Both the position numbers and the translations under genes were made by a program. 64,000 nucleotides of DNA. Source: Octopus vulgaris (Eukaryota). The stretch is from contig OX597831.1 in the NCBI GenBank assembly GCA_951406725.2, forward strand, positions 69,998,001 to 70,062,000, given 5' to 3'. Of the stretch, positions 24,567 to 37,324 are shown piece after piece. The notes below the pieces were generated by a model, which did no database searches, was not told the origin of the DNA, and saw only the letters and a list, made by a program, of their open reading frames with translations. Position 1 is the stretch's first letter, and each line of letters begins with the position of its first letter.

Positions 24567-24971
24567 CATTCCTGTGGCTGTGTGGTATGTAGTTTGCTTA
24601 CCAACCACATGGTTCCAGGTTCAGTCCCACTGCGTGGCACCTGGGGCAAGTGTCTTCTACTATAGCCTTGGGCTGGCCAAAGCCTTGTGAGTGAATTTGG
24701 TAGACGGAAACTGAAAGAAGCCCGTCGTATATATGTATATGTATATATATATGTGTGTGTTTGTGTGTCTGTGTTTGTCTCCCCCAACATTGCTTGACAA
24801 CCGATGCTGGTGTGTTTACATCCCTGTAACTTAGCAGTTTGGCAAAATAGACTGATAGAATAAGTACTAGGCTTACAAAGAATAAGTCCTGGCCGTTGAT
24901 TTCCTCGACTAAAAGCAATGCTCCAGCATGGCCACAATCAAATGACTGAAACAAGTAAAAGAGTAAAAGAG
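24567..24971 (+). mobile_element. SINE family A nested in fold-back element 3
   Basis: Family A body and tail between the two pieces of the right arm. Confidence 0.9.
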
Positions 24972-25235
24972 CCTTGCATTTTTATCTCATTCTGAAAATT
25001 TTTTTTGTATATACACATGCTGATATATCAAGAAGGTGTCACTGACCCACAACACCACTTTTGAAAGCACTAGGATTACATGTAGGGTTCGAACTCACTC
25101 CCGTTTCGTAAACATGATAAGGCTCACGAATGCATCTTTATGAAAAGCATGATGCATATTCGAAATGTTGACTCATTGAGTATAAAAGGCACCTACATTT
25201 AAAAGCCTGTCAGTCGTTTCCTGAACACAGCAAGC

Positions 25236-26464
25236 ATGCCAAAACTGACGGAATCAGAGGGATTAAGCAATTGGGTGTCTCCGTGCTGGTCAATGTCCAT
25301 GGTTCATGACTAATGACGTGAACTGTAGTATTTGGATGACTGAGCAGCCAAGGGAACAATACAATGCTACAAACAGCACTGATGATTGTCCACCCTGTGG
25401 CCAACCGAGGGTCATAACAGCTCATCAAGATAACCACCTGCACTGACAACACTTGCAGGACCGATTCTGGAGGACAATGGAATCAGTAATGCAGACCATA
25501 GTAACTCACCACAGACCCATTTGTGCAAAGACGGTTCTCCGCAGGCTGAGATCTTTTAATTTGTCTGGTCAACATCTGGCTAAAGAGTCCCATCTTCACA
25601 GATCGTCATCAACGGGCACATCTGCAATGGGCTCAAAAACGTAAGAACTGGCAATATCAACAGTAGAGGACTGTAATTTTCTCTGACAAAAGTTGATATT
25701 GCATTTATGTAGCAGATGGCAGAGCTAATATTTGGAGAAGAGGTGAACATCATGCTGATGGCTGTGTGGTGGAGAGAAACTCATGGGGAGGATAGAGCAT
25801 CATGTTATGGGGCAGGATTGCACTCACCTAGTAACTTTGACCAGTGGTCTTCCAAAACATCGCCAAGGCCAGGGCAACGGAGTAACTGCTTCTTGCTACA
25901 ACAACCAAGTGTTGACGCTTCACCTTGTGCTATACTTTGCTCGTCATCGGAATCACGGGTTCCAACATGACAACGCCCCTGCCCATACTGCCAGGTTGGC
26001 AACAGATTTCCTCCAGCAGCTCAACATCCAGACATTGCCATGGCCTGCCCTAAGTCCAGACTTGAACCCTATAGAGCATCTGAGGGATGAAGTCCAATGA
26101 AGGCTAAATGACCTCCGTCCAAGGCTGACAACTGCAGCACAACTCAAAGCAAACAAGTTTTAACAGAGTGTAGGCTGCTGTCTCCGTGACCTTCATCAAC
26201 CGTTTGGTGCATTCAATGTACAGAAGATGCCTGGTGGTAATTAACGCTAACGGTGGTCACACATGATATTGAGTTCACCTCTTTGGATTCAAGACATTCC
26301 GTCATCTAGTAACACCAAGTGATGTCAAACACGTTTCAGGAAATGACGATTTATCATTAGTAAAGAATGGTTTATTAATTAGCACTCTTCAATCAATGTT
26401 ATGGCTGTCTGTTAATAAACTGGTTTCTATTTAGTATGTGCAATATTTCTTTTGTGGTTCAGTA
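25236..26464 (+). mobile_element. Decayed Tc1-family transposon (DD34E transposase pseudogene)
   Basis: ATG at 25236 (MPKLTESE); IFSDKS first-D region; FQHDNAPAHTAR...WPALSPDLNPIEHL; terminal GGHT*Y* at ~26272; probable right TIR ending ttcagta; left TIR not found. Confidence 0.88.
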
Positions 26465-26852
26465 CACACACACACACGCATGCGTGCAAGCACGTGCACA
26501 CACACATGTACTCACACATACACATGCACACAAACACACACATGCACACACACACGCGCACACACATACACATGCACACACACACATGCACTCATACACG
26601 TACACATACATACACATGCACACACACATGCACACACACATGCACACACACACACGCACACACATACACATGCACACACACATGCACTCACACATGCACA
26701 CACACATACACATGCACACACACACGCACGTACACACATACACATGCACACACACACATGCACACACACACGCACACACACATACACATGCACACACACA
26801 CACATGCACACACACACATGCGCACACATACACATGCACACACACACACATG

Positions 26853-26884
<32 letters not shown>

Positions 26885-26885
26885 T
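26464..26885. repeat. Compound (CA)n/(CACATG)n microsatellite
   Basis: Direct inspection. Confidence 0.95.
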
Positions 26886-26892
26886 ATTGCGA

Positions 26893-27215
26893 AGGCATAT
26901 GGCTAAGTGGTAACTGTATTTGGCTCGTGATTGTAAAGTTGTGAGTTCAATTTTCGGCAGTGCATTGTGGCCTTGAGCAAGACACTTTATTTCAAAATGT
27001 CCCAGTCCATTCAACAGGCAAGAAAAATAAGTTGTAATTGTAATTCAAAAGGCCAGCTGTGTTCATATTCAGCATGTCACGTTGAATCTCCTTGAGAACT
27101 ACATTAACGGTACACTTGCCTGTGGAGTACTCAGCCACTAGCACTTTCATTTCATGAGCAGGCTGTTCCATTGGTTGAATCAAATGGAACACTCATCATA
27201 CCTGATAGAGTGCCC
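26893..27215 (+). mobile_element. Degenerate tRNA-derived SINE family E (shares tail type 1 with family C)
   Basis: tggctaagtgg...gagttcaatt...ccttgagcaagacacttt; gagaactacattaa...ctcagccact...gagcaggctgttcc. Confidence 0.7.
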
Positions 27216-27544
27216 ATCAGTATACATACACACAAACACCACACACATGCACGCTTGCACACACACACGTTTTTCTTTTTTAAGTTTCATCTCAGAGCTG
27301 TGGCCCTTCAGTTTACATGGTTTTGCTGGATTTCTTTGAGGTAGATTTTCTACAAATAGAGAGAGGCCTTGAGTCAACAAGTTTTGGGATCTGATGATAT
27401 GCTGTAAAGCTAAGCACTTTATGGATGTGAAACCCAGGGTAATCCCATAGACCAGCCTTATCTAACTTTATTTATATTATATTCTGCTCTTAGAATGTGC
27501 TTCTTTTTCGGCTTTATGTTTTACCATTGATCGATATCTATCTA

Positions 27545-27577
<33 letters not shown>

Positions 27578-27819
27578 ACACACACACACACACACACACA
27601 CATATAGTCAAATCAAATAAGCAAACATGGAAAACAACAATAATAAAACAGCAAGAAGACATGCACATGGTATGTATCAGTTTGACGCTCAGTAAAGGTG
27701 GAAAAAAAGAGAGGGATTTTGATGTTTCGAGCATAGCTCTCTGTCAGAAAAGGAAACGGAAACTCCAGAGAAGGAAAAATATCACCAACAGCACGTGTGG
27801 TGAGATGGTAAACATTGTC

Positions 27820-28160
27820 CTTTATGTTGAAAGTGACGAACGTTCTGGGATCCCAGCCACCAACAGATCTGAGAAAAACATCACAGATGTTCATACAGCT
27901 GTGAGGGGGACATTGTCAAATTCCCATCCGTGAATTATCAGAGGATGTGCAGATTAGTTACAGTTCATTGCAGTCCATATCACTGAAGATTTGGGTATGA
28001 GATGCATGTCTGCCAAGTTTGCATCAAAACAGCTTTCAGCTGACCAAAAGGACACTCAGGTTTCAGTTGCGCAAAATCTCCTTTGAAAACCTTGTGTAGG
28101 CTTCTGAGCAGGTATCTCTATCCCCAAGCTTTTGGTAAAGTTTGATGCAGATTCTCTGCC
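27820..28160 (+). mobile_element. Mariner transposase N-terminal relic followed by an inverted 5' fragment
   Basis: VESDERSGIP...IRELSEDVQISYSS...EDLGMRCMSAKF...LSADQK; 28090-28160 on minus strand reads QRICIKLYQKLG. Confidence 0.7.
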
Positions 28161-29024
28161 TAACTTTCTTTTGTATAAGATTAATATTAGACTTATGCAA
28201 CACAAAAATGGAAGTAGCAAGCATTTAATAGCAAATTATTTCTGAACCAGACAGCTTTATGTTGCTGATTTTATGTTCATATATCATTATATAAGATTAT
28301 TCTTAAGAATAACTATATAAATAGATAACTATGATCCAGCAACAGCTGTGCGTTGGTGCTTTCTCAAGTAGAATGTGATTAAAAGTAGTTGGATTTTTTT
28401 GAATCCCTCATATATACCATGTTGATTTTTCTTCACTAGTCAGTTCATAAGTTTCTGAGCTGCACATACTGTGGTACTAACACAAAAACAAATACAAAAG
28501 TAAGATCATAATAATAGTGTGAACAACATTAACAAACCAAAATAAGAGTGACCTTAATGATTCCAATAATAATAAAAGTAACAGCAGAATCAAATCTGTT
28601 TGAGTGGTAGTGAAGAAAAATAAAATCAAGAATAAAACTCAACGATGTTTTTACCAATCAAATGGACAAAGTGTGTCAATGAAGAACAAAAGAATTAATA
28701 AAACTACAAATTCTTTTATTCCCATATTTTTTACATCCACTTTTACCTCATATATATATATATATATATATATATGCATCATACACACTCTATCATTCCT
28801 AGTTGTTGTAACTAACTGATGTAACATATGGGCTTTTGTGGTTTTCAGATGATTTGAAGAACAGAAAGAAGTTACAATAGTTCTCTGTTTTCATGGCTGT
28901 GCATTTTTTTCAACCCTAAACATCTATTTTGTATCATCTATTATCATTATGTTTTCCTGTTGTTTGGCTTCAAATGGCCCTTCTGAACCCTGCTTACTTG
29001 TAGTCTTAATTCCTTTTCTACATT

Positions 29025-29426
29025 ATTCTTTTACTTGTTTCAATCATTTGACTGCAGCCATGCTGGAGCACCACCTTTAGTCGAGCAAATCGACCCCAGG
29101 ACTTATTCTTTGTAAGCCCAGTACTTATTCTATCGGTCTCTTTTGCCGAACCGCTAGGTGACGGGGACGTAAACACACCAGCATCGGTTATCAAGCAATG
29201 CTAGGGGGAACAAACACAGACACACAAACACATACACACACACTTATATATATATACATATATACGACAGGCTTCTTTCAGTTTCCGTCTACCAAATCCA
29301 CTCACAAGACATTGGTCGGCCCGGGGCTATAGCAGAAGACACTTGCCCAAGATGCCACGCAGTGGGACTAAACCCGGAACCATGTGGTTGGTTAGCAAGC
29401 TACTTACCACACAGCCGCTCCTGCGC

Positions 29427-29428
<2 letters not shown>
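29025..29428 (-). mobile_element. SINE family A, full length
   Basis: Reverse complement of family A unit. Confidence 0.92.
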
Positions 29429-29459
<31 letters not shown>

Positions 29460-29539
29460 TCCTGTTTATTTACTTTTGCTCTTGCTTTTTAAACATACAT
29501 GTGCAACATCATACACTTACATTTTTTAAAATCTAGATT

Positions 29540-30680
29540 CACACTCATACATGTTCATAAACTCTCTGCTCCCGCTGCCGATCTTTGACCAGTCTTCCCT
29601 TACTCAAACATGAGGTTTGTTTACTGCCTGTGTGCTCATTTTTTCACATCCACTTTTACCTCATCTGTGTCATGAAATCTTTGATTCCTAAAACAGTCCT
29701 TCATTGGATAAAACAGGCAGAAATTAGAGAGCCCCTGATCCGTGCTTTGTGGTGGAAGGGGAAACACTGACCAGTCCAATTTATCAGTTGCTTGATTTGC
29801 TGCTGAATATGTGTTTGATCGCACATTGTTTGATCATGGTGAAGAAAGATTTTTTCAGAATTTTGTCTGGTCTCTTTTCCCTGATGGCTTTCCTATGTGT
29901 TTTGAGTGTTTCAATGCACACAAACACATCCCAGAATATCATCATCATCATCATCATCATCATCATCGTTTAACGTCCGCTTTCCATGCTAGCATGGGTT
30001 GGACGGTTCAACTGGGGTCTGGGAAGCCAGAAGACTGCACCAGGCCCAGTCAGATCTGGCAGTGTTTCTACAGCTGGATGCCCTTCCTATCGCCAACCAC
30101 TCCGAGAGTGTAGTGGGTGATTTTATGTGCCACCGACACAGGTGCCAGACTAAGCTGGCGAACGGCCACGCTCGGATGGTGTTTTTTATGTGCCACCGAC
30201 ACCAATGAGAATAATGTCCATGTCATTCTCCTAAACAGTCACCACAACTTTGTGCCAATCACTGGCTTTTGACTTTCTTAGGCCTTGGTGGAGAGATGTA
30301 ACACCTTTCCATGGATTAAGCTTTCATTTCTGGATCAGGAAGATATGCACCATGTTTCATCCCCTGTCAACCAATCACAAAAAAAAAGCAAGACATCTTC
30401 ATTGGTTTCAAACTCTTCCAGCAGATTAAAGCAAACTTCCACTGTTCTATCTTTCAAATTGGGTATCAACTGCCTTGGTACCCACGTTGCACATACTTTC
30501 TGATCCCCAAATTCTTCCATCACCTTCTAGACTGTACTGTGACCACAGTTCAGTTGTACAGCAAGCTCATGGATTGTACTCCTTTTGTGCACACAAATCA
30601 TCTCATCCACTTAATGGTGATTCATGTCAATGGTCACGCTTGGTAGTTTCCCATTACATGGTTTGTTTGTGCTGCTAGTT
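29540..30680 (-). mobile_element. Decayed mariner transposase, interrupted by a family D insertion
   Basis: KVCATWVPRQL and TGDETW motifs (30335-30523); degenerate LHHD and PPQSTDQGLSNFCLF...RF...DEVK (YSPDL region) at 29636-29850. Confidence 0.8.
29938..30205 (-). mobile_element. RTE-type retroposon 3' end (family D)
   Basis: (CAT)n then cgtttaacgtccgctttccatgctagc...ggatgcccttcct. Confidence 0.8.
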
Positions 30681-30744
30681 TGTCTTTCTTTAAACATTTT
30701 TATCATGCAGATTCATTAAGCATTCCATATTTCTAGAAAACTAA

Positions 30745-31140
30745 CAGGTGCAAGTGTGGCTGAGTGATAAGAGGCTTGCTTCCCAACCACATAGTCCTGA
30801 TTTCAGTTCCACTGCATGGCACCTTGGGCAAGTGTCTTCTACCAGAGCCCCTAGCTGGCCAAAGCATTGTGAGTGGATTTAGTAGATGGAAACTGAAAGA
30901 ATCTCATCACATGTGTGTGTGTGTGTGTGTGTGTGTGTTTGTGTCAGTGTTTATCACCCATCACTGCTTGACAACTGGCGTTGATGTGTTTACATACCTG
31001 TAACTTGGCAGTTTGGCAAAGAGACTGGTAGAATAAGTATCAAGCTTAAAAACTAAAAAAGTTCTGAGGTTGATACATCCAACTAAAAATTCTTCAAGGC
31101 AGTGACCCAGCATGGCCCCAGTCTAATGACTGAAACAAGG
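30745..31140 (+). mobile_element. Older SINE family A-related copy
   Basis: gtggctgagtgataag...ccttgggcaagtgtctt...cagcatggccccagtctaatgactgaaac. Confidence 0.8.
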
Positions 31141-31463
31141 AGCACTCTATTGGTTACAACGGTTAAGGTCCCAGTTGATACAATCAATGGAACAGCTTGC
31201 TCATGGAATTAATGTGTAAGTGGCTGAGCACTCCACAGACACAGGTACCCTTAATGCAGTTCTCAGGGAGAATTCAGTGTAACACAGAGTGTGACAAGGC
31301 TGGCCCTTTGAAATACAGGTACAACTCATTTTTGCCAGCTGAGTGGACTGGAGCAATGTGAAATAAAGTGTCTTGCTCAAGGACATAACACAGTTGCCGG
31401 GAATTGAACTTATGACCTTACAATCGGGAGTGAAATGCCCTAACCACTAAGCCACACACCTTC
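31141..31463 (-). mobile_element. SINE family E inserted in the tail of the preceding SINE
   Basis: Minus-strand tggcttagtggttagg head, ccttgagcaagacac, tail type 1; host tail (aaaagat)n resumes at ~31470. Confidence 0.8.
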
Positions 31464-31567
31464 ATGACTCAAAGAAGTAAAAGATAAAAGATAAAAGAAT
31501 CTGTGCACATTGCTATTGCCAAAGGTCTTATTCCCATAAACAACATGTGGCCTTCTGTGGATTTCAG

Positions 31568-31716
31568 ACAGCCTGCACTCCTTCATCAGAACTCAACGAG
31601 GGCCCAATGCTTCTTCTTTGGACCCATTATCTGCAAGCAGTGAAAAGGGACAGAAAAAGGAGTTACCATGGAGGAAAAGTTACAAAGTCACATACCAACG
31701 TGTGCGATTTGAATGA
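31568..31716 (+). CDS. Candidate terminal coding exon of an unidentified gene
   Basis: tttcag acceptor; phase-1 frame xSLHSFIRTQRGPNASSLDPLSASSEKGQKKELPWRKSYKVTYQRVRFE*; higher GC than flank, followed by ~900 bp repeat-free AT-rich UTR-like sequence; no homology recognised. Confidence 0.3.
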
Positions 31717-32719
31717 CCTAATTGAGATAATAAAGAAGTTATGACCTACTTAGCTTTACTTTTGATATAAGCCTTGTACTGCATTTATACTTCTTTGTTG
31801 TTGCCTCAAATAGGTTAGAAAATGTGCAAAAAGAGTAGAAAAATTTCTAGTCTCACAGGTTTCACTTGTAAATAATCTTTGTTTCTTGGGGAAATGGAAA
31901 GAAAATTGTTGTGATTTTGTGATTTTCCTTTATGTACATTCTAATATTATGTGAAGTGAATTTATTTCTGAAATTGAACTAATCAATTTAGTTTTTAAAG
32001 ATTTATTCATGATTCTAACTTAAGAGGTTCCAATTAATGAATTATCAAAAAATCATTTTTCAGGATATATTGTCAGGAATTATTGAAAAAACTAGAATGC
32101 TAATTTGAGTCATTGCAATGGTTTTGTCATTTTAATTTTCTTTTTTATTGAGACAGAAAAACATTTTGCTTTCTTTCACATTTTAGATTTTAAAAAAAAA
32201 ATGTATCTGCAAAATTCACAAGATTAATATATTGATTCAATCACATTAATATCTTTGAGGGAGGAAAAGCAATGTTCAATACTTAATGGTTTTCTTTATT
32301 AAGTTTTAATTTAAAATATTTCATATCTGAAGATAATAGTCAAGTTTTCTGTACATGTAAATGCTCTCTAAAATTTTCCAAAATTTTCTATAAAAACAAG
32401 CTTTCTGTCATTTGAAGGGAATTTTTATCAATCATTTTTTAAACTACATTTTGTTTTGTGCAGCATAATACTATTAATAGTAGTGATAAAGTCGAATCAG
32501 CATGATCAGGTTTTTCACTCAAACTCATGCAAAATTTATGCTATCATGACATTCAGACACCATTTAACTTAAAGTATTTGTTGCATATCCACTAGATGTC
32601 CATCATTAAAGAAAACCCGTTACTTGGGCTTAAAATGAATCTTTTAATACATTTTAGAAATGCATAAATTTATGATATAACAGATATCTGTATACATACA
32701 TAAATATATACATACATAA

Positions 32720-33065
32720 TGCATGGCACCTTGGGCAAGTGTCTTCTACTATAGCCTCGGGCCGACCAAAGCCTTGTGAGTGGATTTGGTAGACGGAAAC
32801 TGAAAGAAGCCCGTCGTATATATGTATATATATATATGCATGTGTGTGTTTGTGTGTCTGTGTTTGTCTCTCACAACATCGCTTGACAACCGATGCTGGT
32901 GTGTTTATGTCCCCGTTACTTAGCGGTTCGGCAAAAGAGACTGATAGAATAAGTACTGGGCTTACAAAAGAATAAGTCCCGGGGTCGATTTGCTCGATTA
33001 AAGGCGGTGCTCCAGCATGGCCGCAGTCAAATAACTGAAACAAGTAAAAGAAAAGAAAAGAATAA
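32720..33065 (+). mobile_element. SINE family A, 5'-truncated
   Basis: Starts at gcatggcaccttgggcaag, complete tail. Confidence 0.9.
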
Positions 33066-33081
33066 ATACATACATATGTGT

Positions 33082-33383
33082 GGAGGTGCAATGGCCCAGT
33101 GGTTAGGGCAGCGGACTCGCGGTCGTAGGATCGCGGTTTCGATTCCCAGACCGGGCGTTGTGAGTGTTTATTGAACGAAAACACCTAAAGCTCCACGATG
33201 CTCCAGCAGGGGGTGGTGGCGATCCCTGCTGTACTCTTTTGCCACAACTTTCTCTCACTCTTTCTACTGCTGGCCTGCTCACTTAGCCTGCGGTGTGGCG
33301 TCATTTGAAGGCTAAAACAATGCGAAGTGCATTGTGACCAGCGATGTGTAGCAACATCTGATAGCCTGGTCAGTCACGGTGAC
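33082..33383 (+). mobile_element. SINE family C head with tail type 2
   Basis: Same ~180-nt head as 23638, then an unrelated tail ctgctggcctgctcacttagc...gtcagtcacggtga. Confidence 0.8.
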
Positions 33384-33565
33384 ATACATATGTATGTGTA
33401 TGTATGTGGGTCGGTTTTTTTTTGTGATTTTCACCTACCTTTAATGATCACTCTCTGTCTTTCTATAATCACATCTGTTGCCACCTACAAACATAACATT
33501 TCTATAGAGTGACAGAACCAACTAACAAAACGAAGTGATCTGAGACTACCTTTCAGCTAAAGAGA

Positions 33566-33708
33566 TCATCATCATCATCATTTAGCGTTCGTTTTCCATG
33601 CTAGCATGGGTTGGACGGTTCAACTGGGGTCTGTGAAGCCGGAAGGCTTCATCAGGCCCAGTCAGCTCTGGCAGTGTTTCTACAGCTGGATGCCCTTCCT
33701 AACGCCAA
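33566..33708 (-). mobile_element. Family D 3' fragment
   Basis: (CAT)n...ccatgctagcatgggttggacgg...ggatgcccttcctaacgccaa. Confidence 0.8.
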
Positions 33709-34321
33709 TATCTGAGCATAAATTGTTAATAAGAAAATTGGAAAAAAAAATTTTAATCATTGATAAAATTATTATATTCAAACACACACAATACTCAAAC
33801 ACACACGCACACAAACACTCAAACATGCACATACATACAAATGCATATCTTGGAACAGAGTAGGAAAGAGTTGGTGTTTGTCGAGGATGCATGAAGATAT
33901 AATTACAAACATTTAAATGCATACATCTGTACATATCTGTATGTATCTTTTATTGCTTTCAGTCATGGACTGTGACCATGCTGGAGTCACATCTTCTGGA
34001 TTCTTTTGTCTGGTATTTATTTGTTGATGGATTGGCAGAATCAATGGAACATTGGACAAAATGGTCCAGTGATATTTAAATGTCTCTCTCTCTATGTTTT
34101 GAGTTCCAATCCCACCAAAGTAAACTTTGCCTTTTCTCCTTCTGAGAGTTATTAAAATAGAACATTAGTCAAGTACTAATTCAGGCTGGATGTGAATAGA
34201 ATACACCTTTTTTCTTTTATTTGTTTCAGTCATTTGACTGTGGCCATGCTGGAGCACCACCTTGAAGAGTTTTAGTTGAAATAATCAACCTCAGGACATT
34301 TTTTTATAGCCTAGTACTTAA

Positions 34322-34535
34322 CCCTTTAATGTTCACATTATTCTGCCAAAATTAATGCTTCTTCATCCACATTGTTTTGAATTAATAATGCATTATCTTG
34401 TAGCTATAAGATTTCAATGAGTTAGCTGTTAATTTTTAAGATGAAATTGTAGGGTTGGTGTGAGAGACCAGATCTGGCCAGTTTGAACAGGCAGAATATT
34501 TTTGGCTGGATATGGCCAGTTTAAATGCTAAAGGG
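34322..34535. mobile_element. piggyBac-type MITE
   Basis: TTAA|CCCTTTA...TAAAGGG|TTAA: TTAA TSD on both sides and CCC/GGG termini. Confidence 0.8.
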
Positions 34536-34701
34536 TTAATCACACAGGAGTGGCTGTGTGATAAGAAGCTTGCTTCTTAACCACATGGTTCTGAGTTCAG
34601 TCCCTCTGCATGGCACCTTGGGTAAGTGTCTTCTACTATAGCCTCAGGCTGACCAAAGCCTTGTGAATGGATTTGGTAGACGTAAACTGAAAGAAGCCTG
34701 T

Positions 34702-34753
<52 letters not shown>

Positions 34754-34756
<3 letters not shown>

Positions 34757-35146
34757 AATAAGCAACAAGGATATCCAAGGTAGTGTAGTACCATCGTTTC
34801 ATGCTACTTCATTTTATTAAACACTGTAAGTATTACATCAGTTTTAAAATGTCGAACAATCTTCAGCCACATATAGAATGAAATAAGTATAAAAATGTGC
34901 ATTGTCTGTTTAATTAAAAAAATTTATATGTGGCTGAAGATTGCTTGACATTTTAAAACTGAATATAATACTTACAGTGTTTAATAAAATGAAGTAGCAT
35001 GAAACAATTGTACTACTCTACCTTGAATATCCTTGTTGATTATTTTGATTATAATCACACCATTTGATTTATATGGATAATACCATACAAAATTCTGGCG
35101 CCTTTAACTTAAGTACCATATTCATCTGAATCTAAATTTTGCTGAA

Positions 35147-35148
<2 letters not shown>
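34754..35148. mobile_element. Fold-back element 4 (Penelope-like remnant)
   Basis: Arms 34754-34874 and 34926-35047; flanked by (TA)n on both sides. Confidence 0.75.
34930..35016 (+). ncRNA. Type I hammerhead-like motif with canonical core and long stem II
   Basis: GTGG-CTGAAGA-[tTGCT...AGCAt, ~60 nt]-GAAAC-AATT-GT-A-CTAC; mirrored copy on minus strand at 34785-34870. Confidence 0.65.
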
Positions 35149-35222
<74 letters not shown>

Positions 35223-35607
35223 TGTATGTATGTATGTATGTAGGTAGGTAGGTAGGTAGGTATGTAGGTAGGTAGTTGTGTGTCAGTGTTTATCCCCCCA
35301 CCATCGCTTGAGAACTGATGTTGGTGTGTTTACATCCCTGTCACTTAGTGGTTCAGCAAAAGAGACCGATAAAATTAGTACTAGACTTACAAAGAATAAG
35401 TCCTGGATTGATTTGTTCGACTAAAGGCGGTGCTCCAGCATGACTGAAATAAGTAAACGAATAAAAGAATAAAAGAATTATATCGGTCTCTTTTGCCAAA
35501 CTGCTATGTTACAGAGATGTAAATACACCAACACTGGTTGTGAAGCAGTAATGGAGGAAGAAACACAAAGACACACACGCACATAGATGCACGCACACAC
35601 ACACATA

Positions 35608-36256
35608 GACAAGAGGAAGCCAAAAATTATCCGCACTTTCACCATAACATAAATTTATTATTGTCACACTGCCTTCTGCGCATGAGTGCTTATAGTTGGT
35701 ACTATTGTCGTCATATGATCGAAGTTTGAGTTTGATCATACCATTTTTCTTTCAGCTTTACCGTGTAAGCATGGCTGCTCCACTAGCAATGTGGACCAAA
35801 GAAGAACAGAGAGCAGTGATCCAAGAGATTGTAATGGTGAACTGTTTCGCCATTACCATCTCTTGAGCTAGCTAAATCTTCTCATCAGTGGTGGAGGTTG
35901 ATGGGCGACCTGCTCCCTCTTCGCGTATCATGATAGTCCAGCCACTTTTAAACTTCTCGATTCACTCATACACATATCTACACAGTAGTGCTCTGTTCCA
36001 GTATTGTGCTAAAAGCCTCCGATGGATTTCAGCACCTGACACACTTTTTGACAAGACAAACCAGATCACTGCACTTTGTTCTTTTTTGGTGCACATTGTT
36101 AGTGGAGCAGCCATACTTGCACTGTACAGTCAGAAACAAAAATGGCTCAATCAGACTCAAACTTCGATCATGTGGCCGCAAGAGTACTAATTATAAGCGC
36201 TCATGTGTAGAAGGCAGTGTGACAATAATAAAGATGTTTTTTGACTTCCCTTCATA
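35608..36256. mobile_element. Mariner-derived fold-back element made of two left ends, nested in a minus-strand family A SINE (35480-36440)
   Basis: Plus ATG 35771 MAAPLAMWTKEEQRAVI; minus ATG 36114 MAAPLTMCTKKEQSAVIWF...AEIHRRL...GAGRPSTSTTDE; termini gaggaagccaaaaa / ttttgacttcccttc. Confidence 0.8.
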
Positions 36257-37315
36257 AATATATATATATATGTATGTGTGTGTGTGTGTGTGTGTGACGA
36301 GCTTCTTTCAGTTTCCATTTATCAAATCTACCCACAAGGCTTTGGACAGTTCAAGGCTTTAGTAGAAGACACTTGCCCAATGTGCAACACAATGAGATAG
36401 AACCTAGAACCATATGGTTGGGAACCAAGCTTCTTCAGATAATATAACTAGAATGTAAAAGAGCATGACCTTATGCCACAATATGTTTTACCAACATCCC
36501 TTACCGATGTATGTATACACACCCAAATACATATGCACATACTTATGTATATATAAAAGCCTATGTTGTTATTTTGTTTGTTGGTTTTGTCACGTTGTAA
36601 GAATATCAGACACACACACACACACACACCTACACACACACGCATATACACACACACACACTCACAGCACACACATACACACCTTTAAATAGAACCTCTC
36701 ATTTTTGAAAAGTATTATGTCAGCCTATACATATTTTAAATATATTTTTTGTTTGTTTAAAAAAATCTTAATGTATAAAGAAATATTACCAATTAATTTT
36801 TTTTTAAAGTTAGCACTGAAATTTATTGTCACTCAATCATATTTTTTATTCTTGTTTTGTTTCTGCTAACAAGTTCTATTGCTTACCAAAGTCATGATAA
36901 ATAGAATCAATCTAATGATAAAAGTAATAAGAAAAAAAAGAAACAAATAAAAGATCTCCACAAGAAAAAGAATCACAATTTCCATTGATGTTCAAAAGAC
37001 TGATATTCTTTAATCTTCTAGATATTAACTAAAAATGCCAATAAGTTGTAGATTGACTATTTCCTTTTCACCATTTATCACTGCTTCTGGTTATAAATCT
37101 CAAGAAATTACGTCATACGAACTTGATTTTTATGCATACATGTTGGTTAAGTTCTTTCAGCACACATACATAAACTCTCTCTTTTCTGTCTGTCTGTCTG
37201 TCTCTCTTCCCCCACAAACTACTCCATTTTCATTTTATCTTGAAGAATTGATATTGTGTTTATGCACCACTATCCCCTGCTTTTAATTGCATGGATTCAC
37301 ATCATATTTCCACAG

Positions 37316-37324
37316 CATTAGGAG
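37316..37324 (+). other. Candidate 9-nt microexon
   Basis: atttccacag|CATTAGGAG|gtaagt; consensus donor, upstream pyrimidine tracts, TGC motifs and TGCATG at 37288. Confidence 0.35.

Larger units (their letters stand above)
24358..25012. mobile_element. Fold-back element 3 (Penelope-like remnant), right arm split by a SINE
   Basis: 24358-24446 is the reverse complement of 24515-24566 plus 24972-25012. Confidence 0.7.
34543..35478 (+). mobile_element. SINE family A split at its central (TA)n by fold-back element 4
   Basis: Head 34543-34705, tail 35275-35478. Confidence 0.85.

Noticed and set aside
26436-27014. Long His/Thr and Cys/Val ORFs, also at 8260-9170, 16642-16965, 44703-45268, 47001-47690 and 50602-51102
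   Set aside because: Stop-free microsatellite translations
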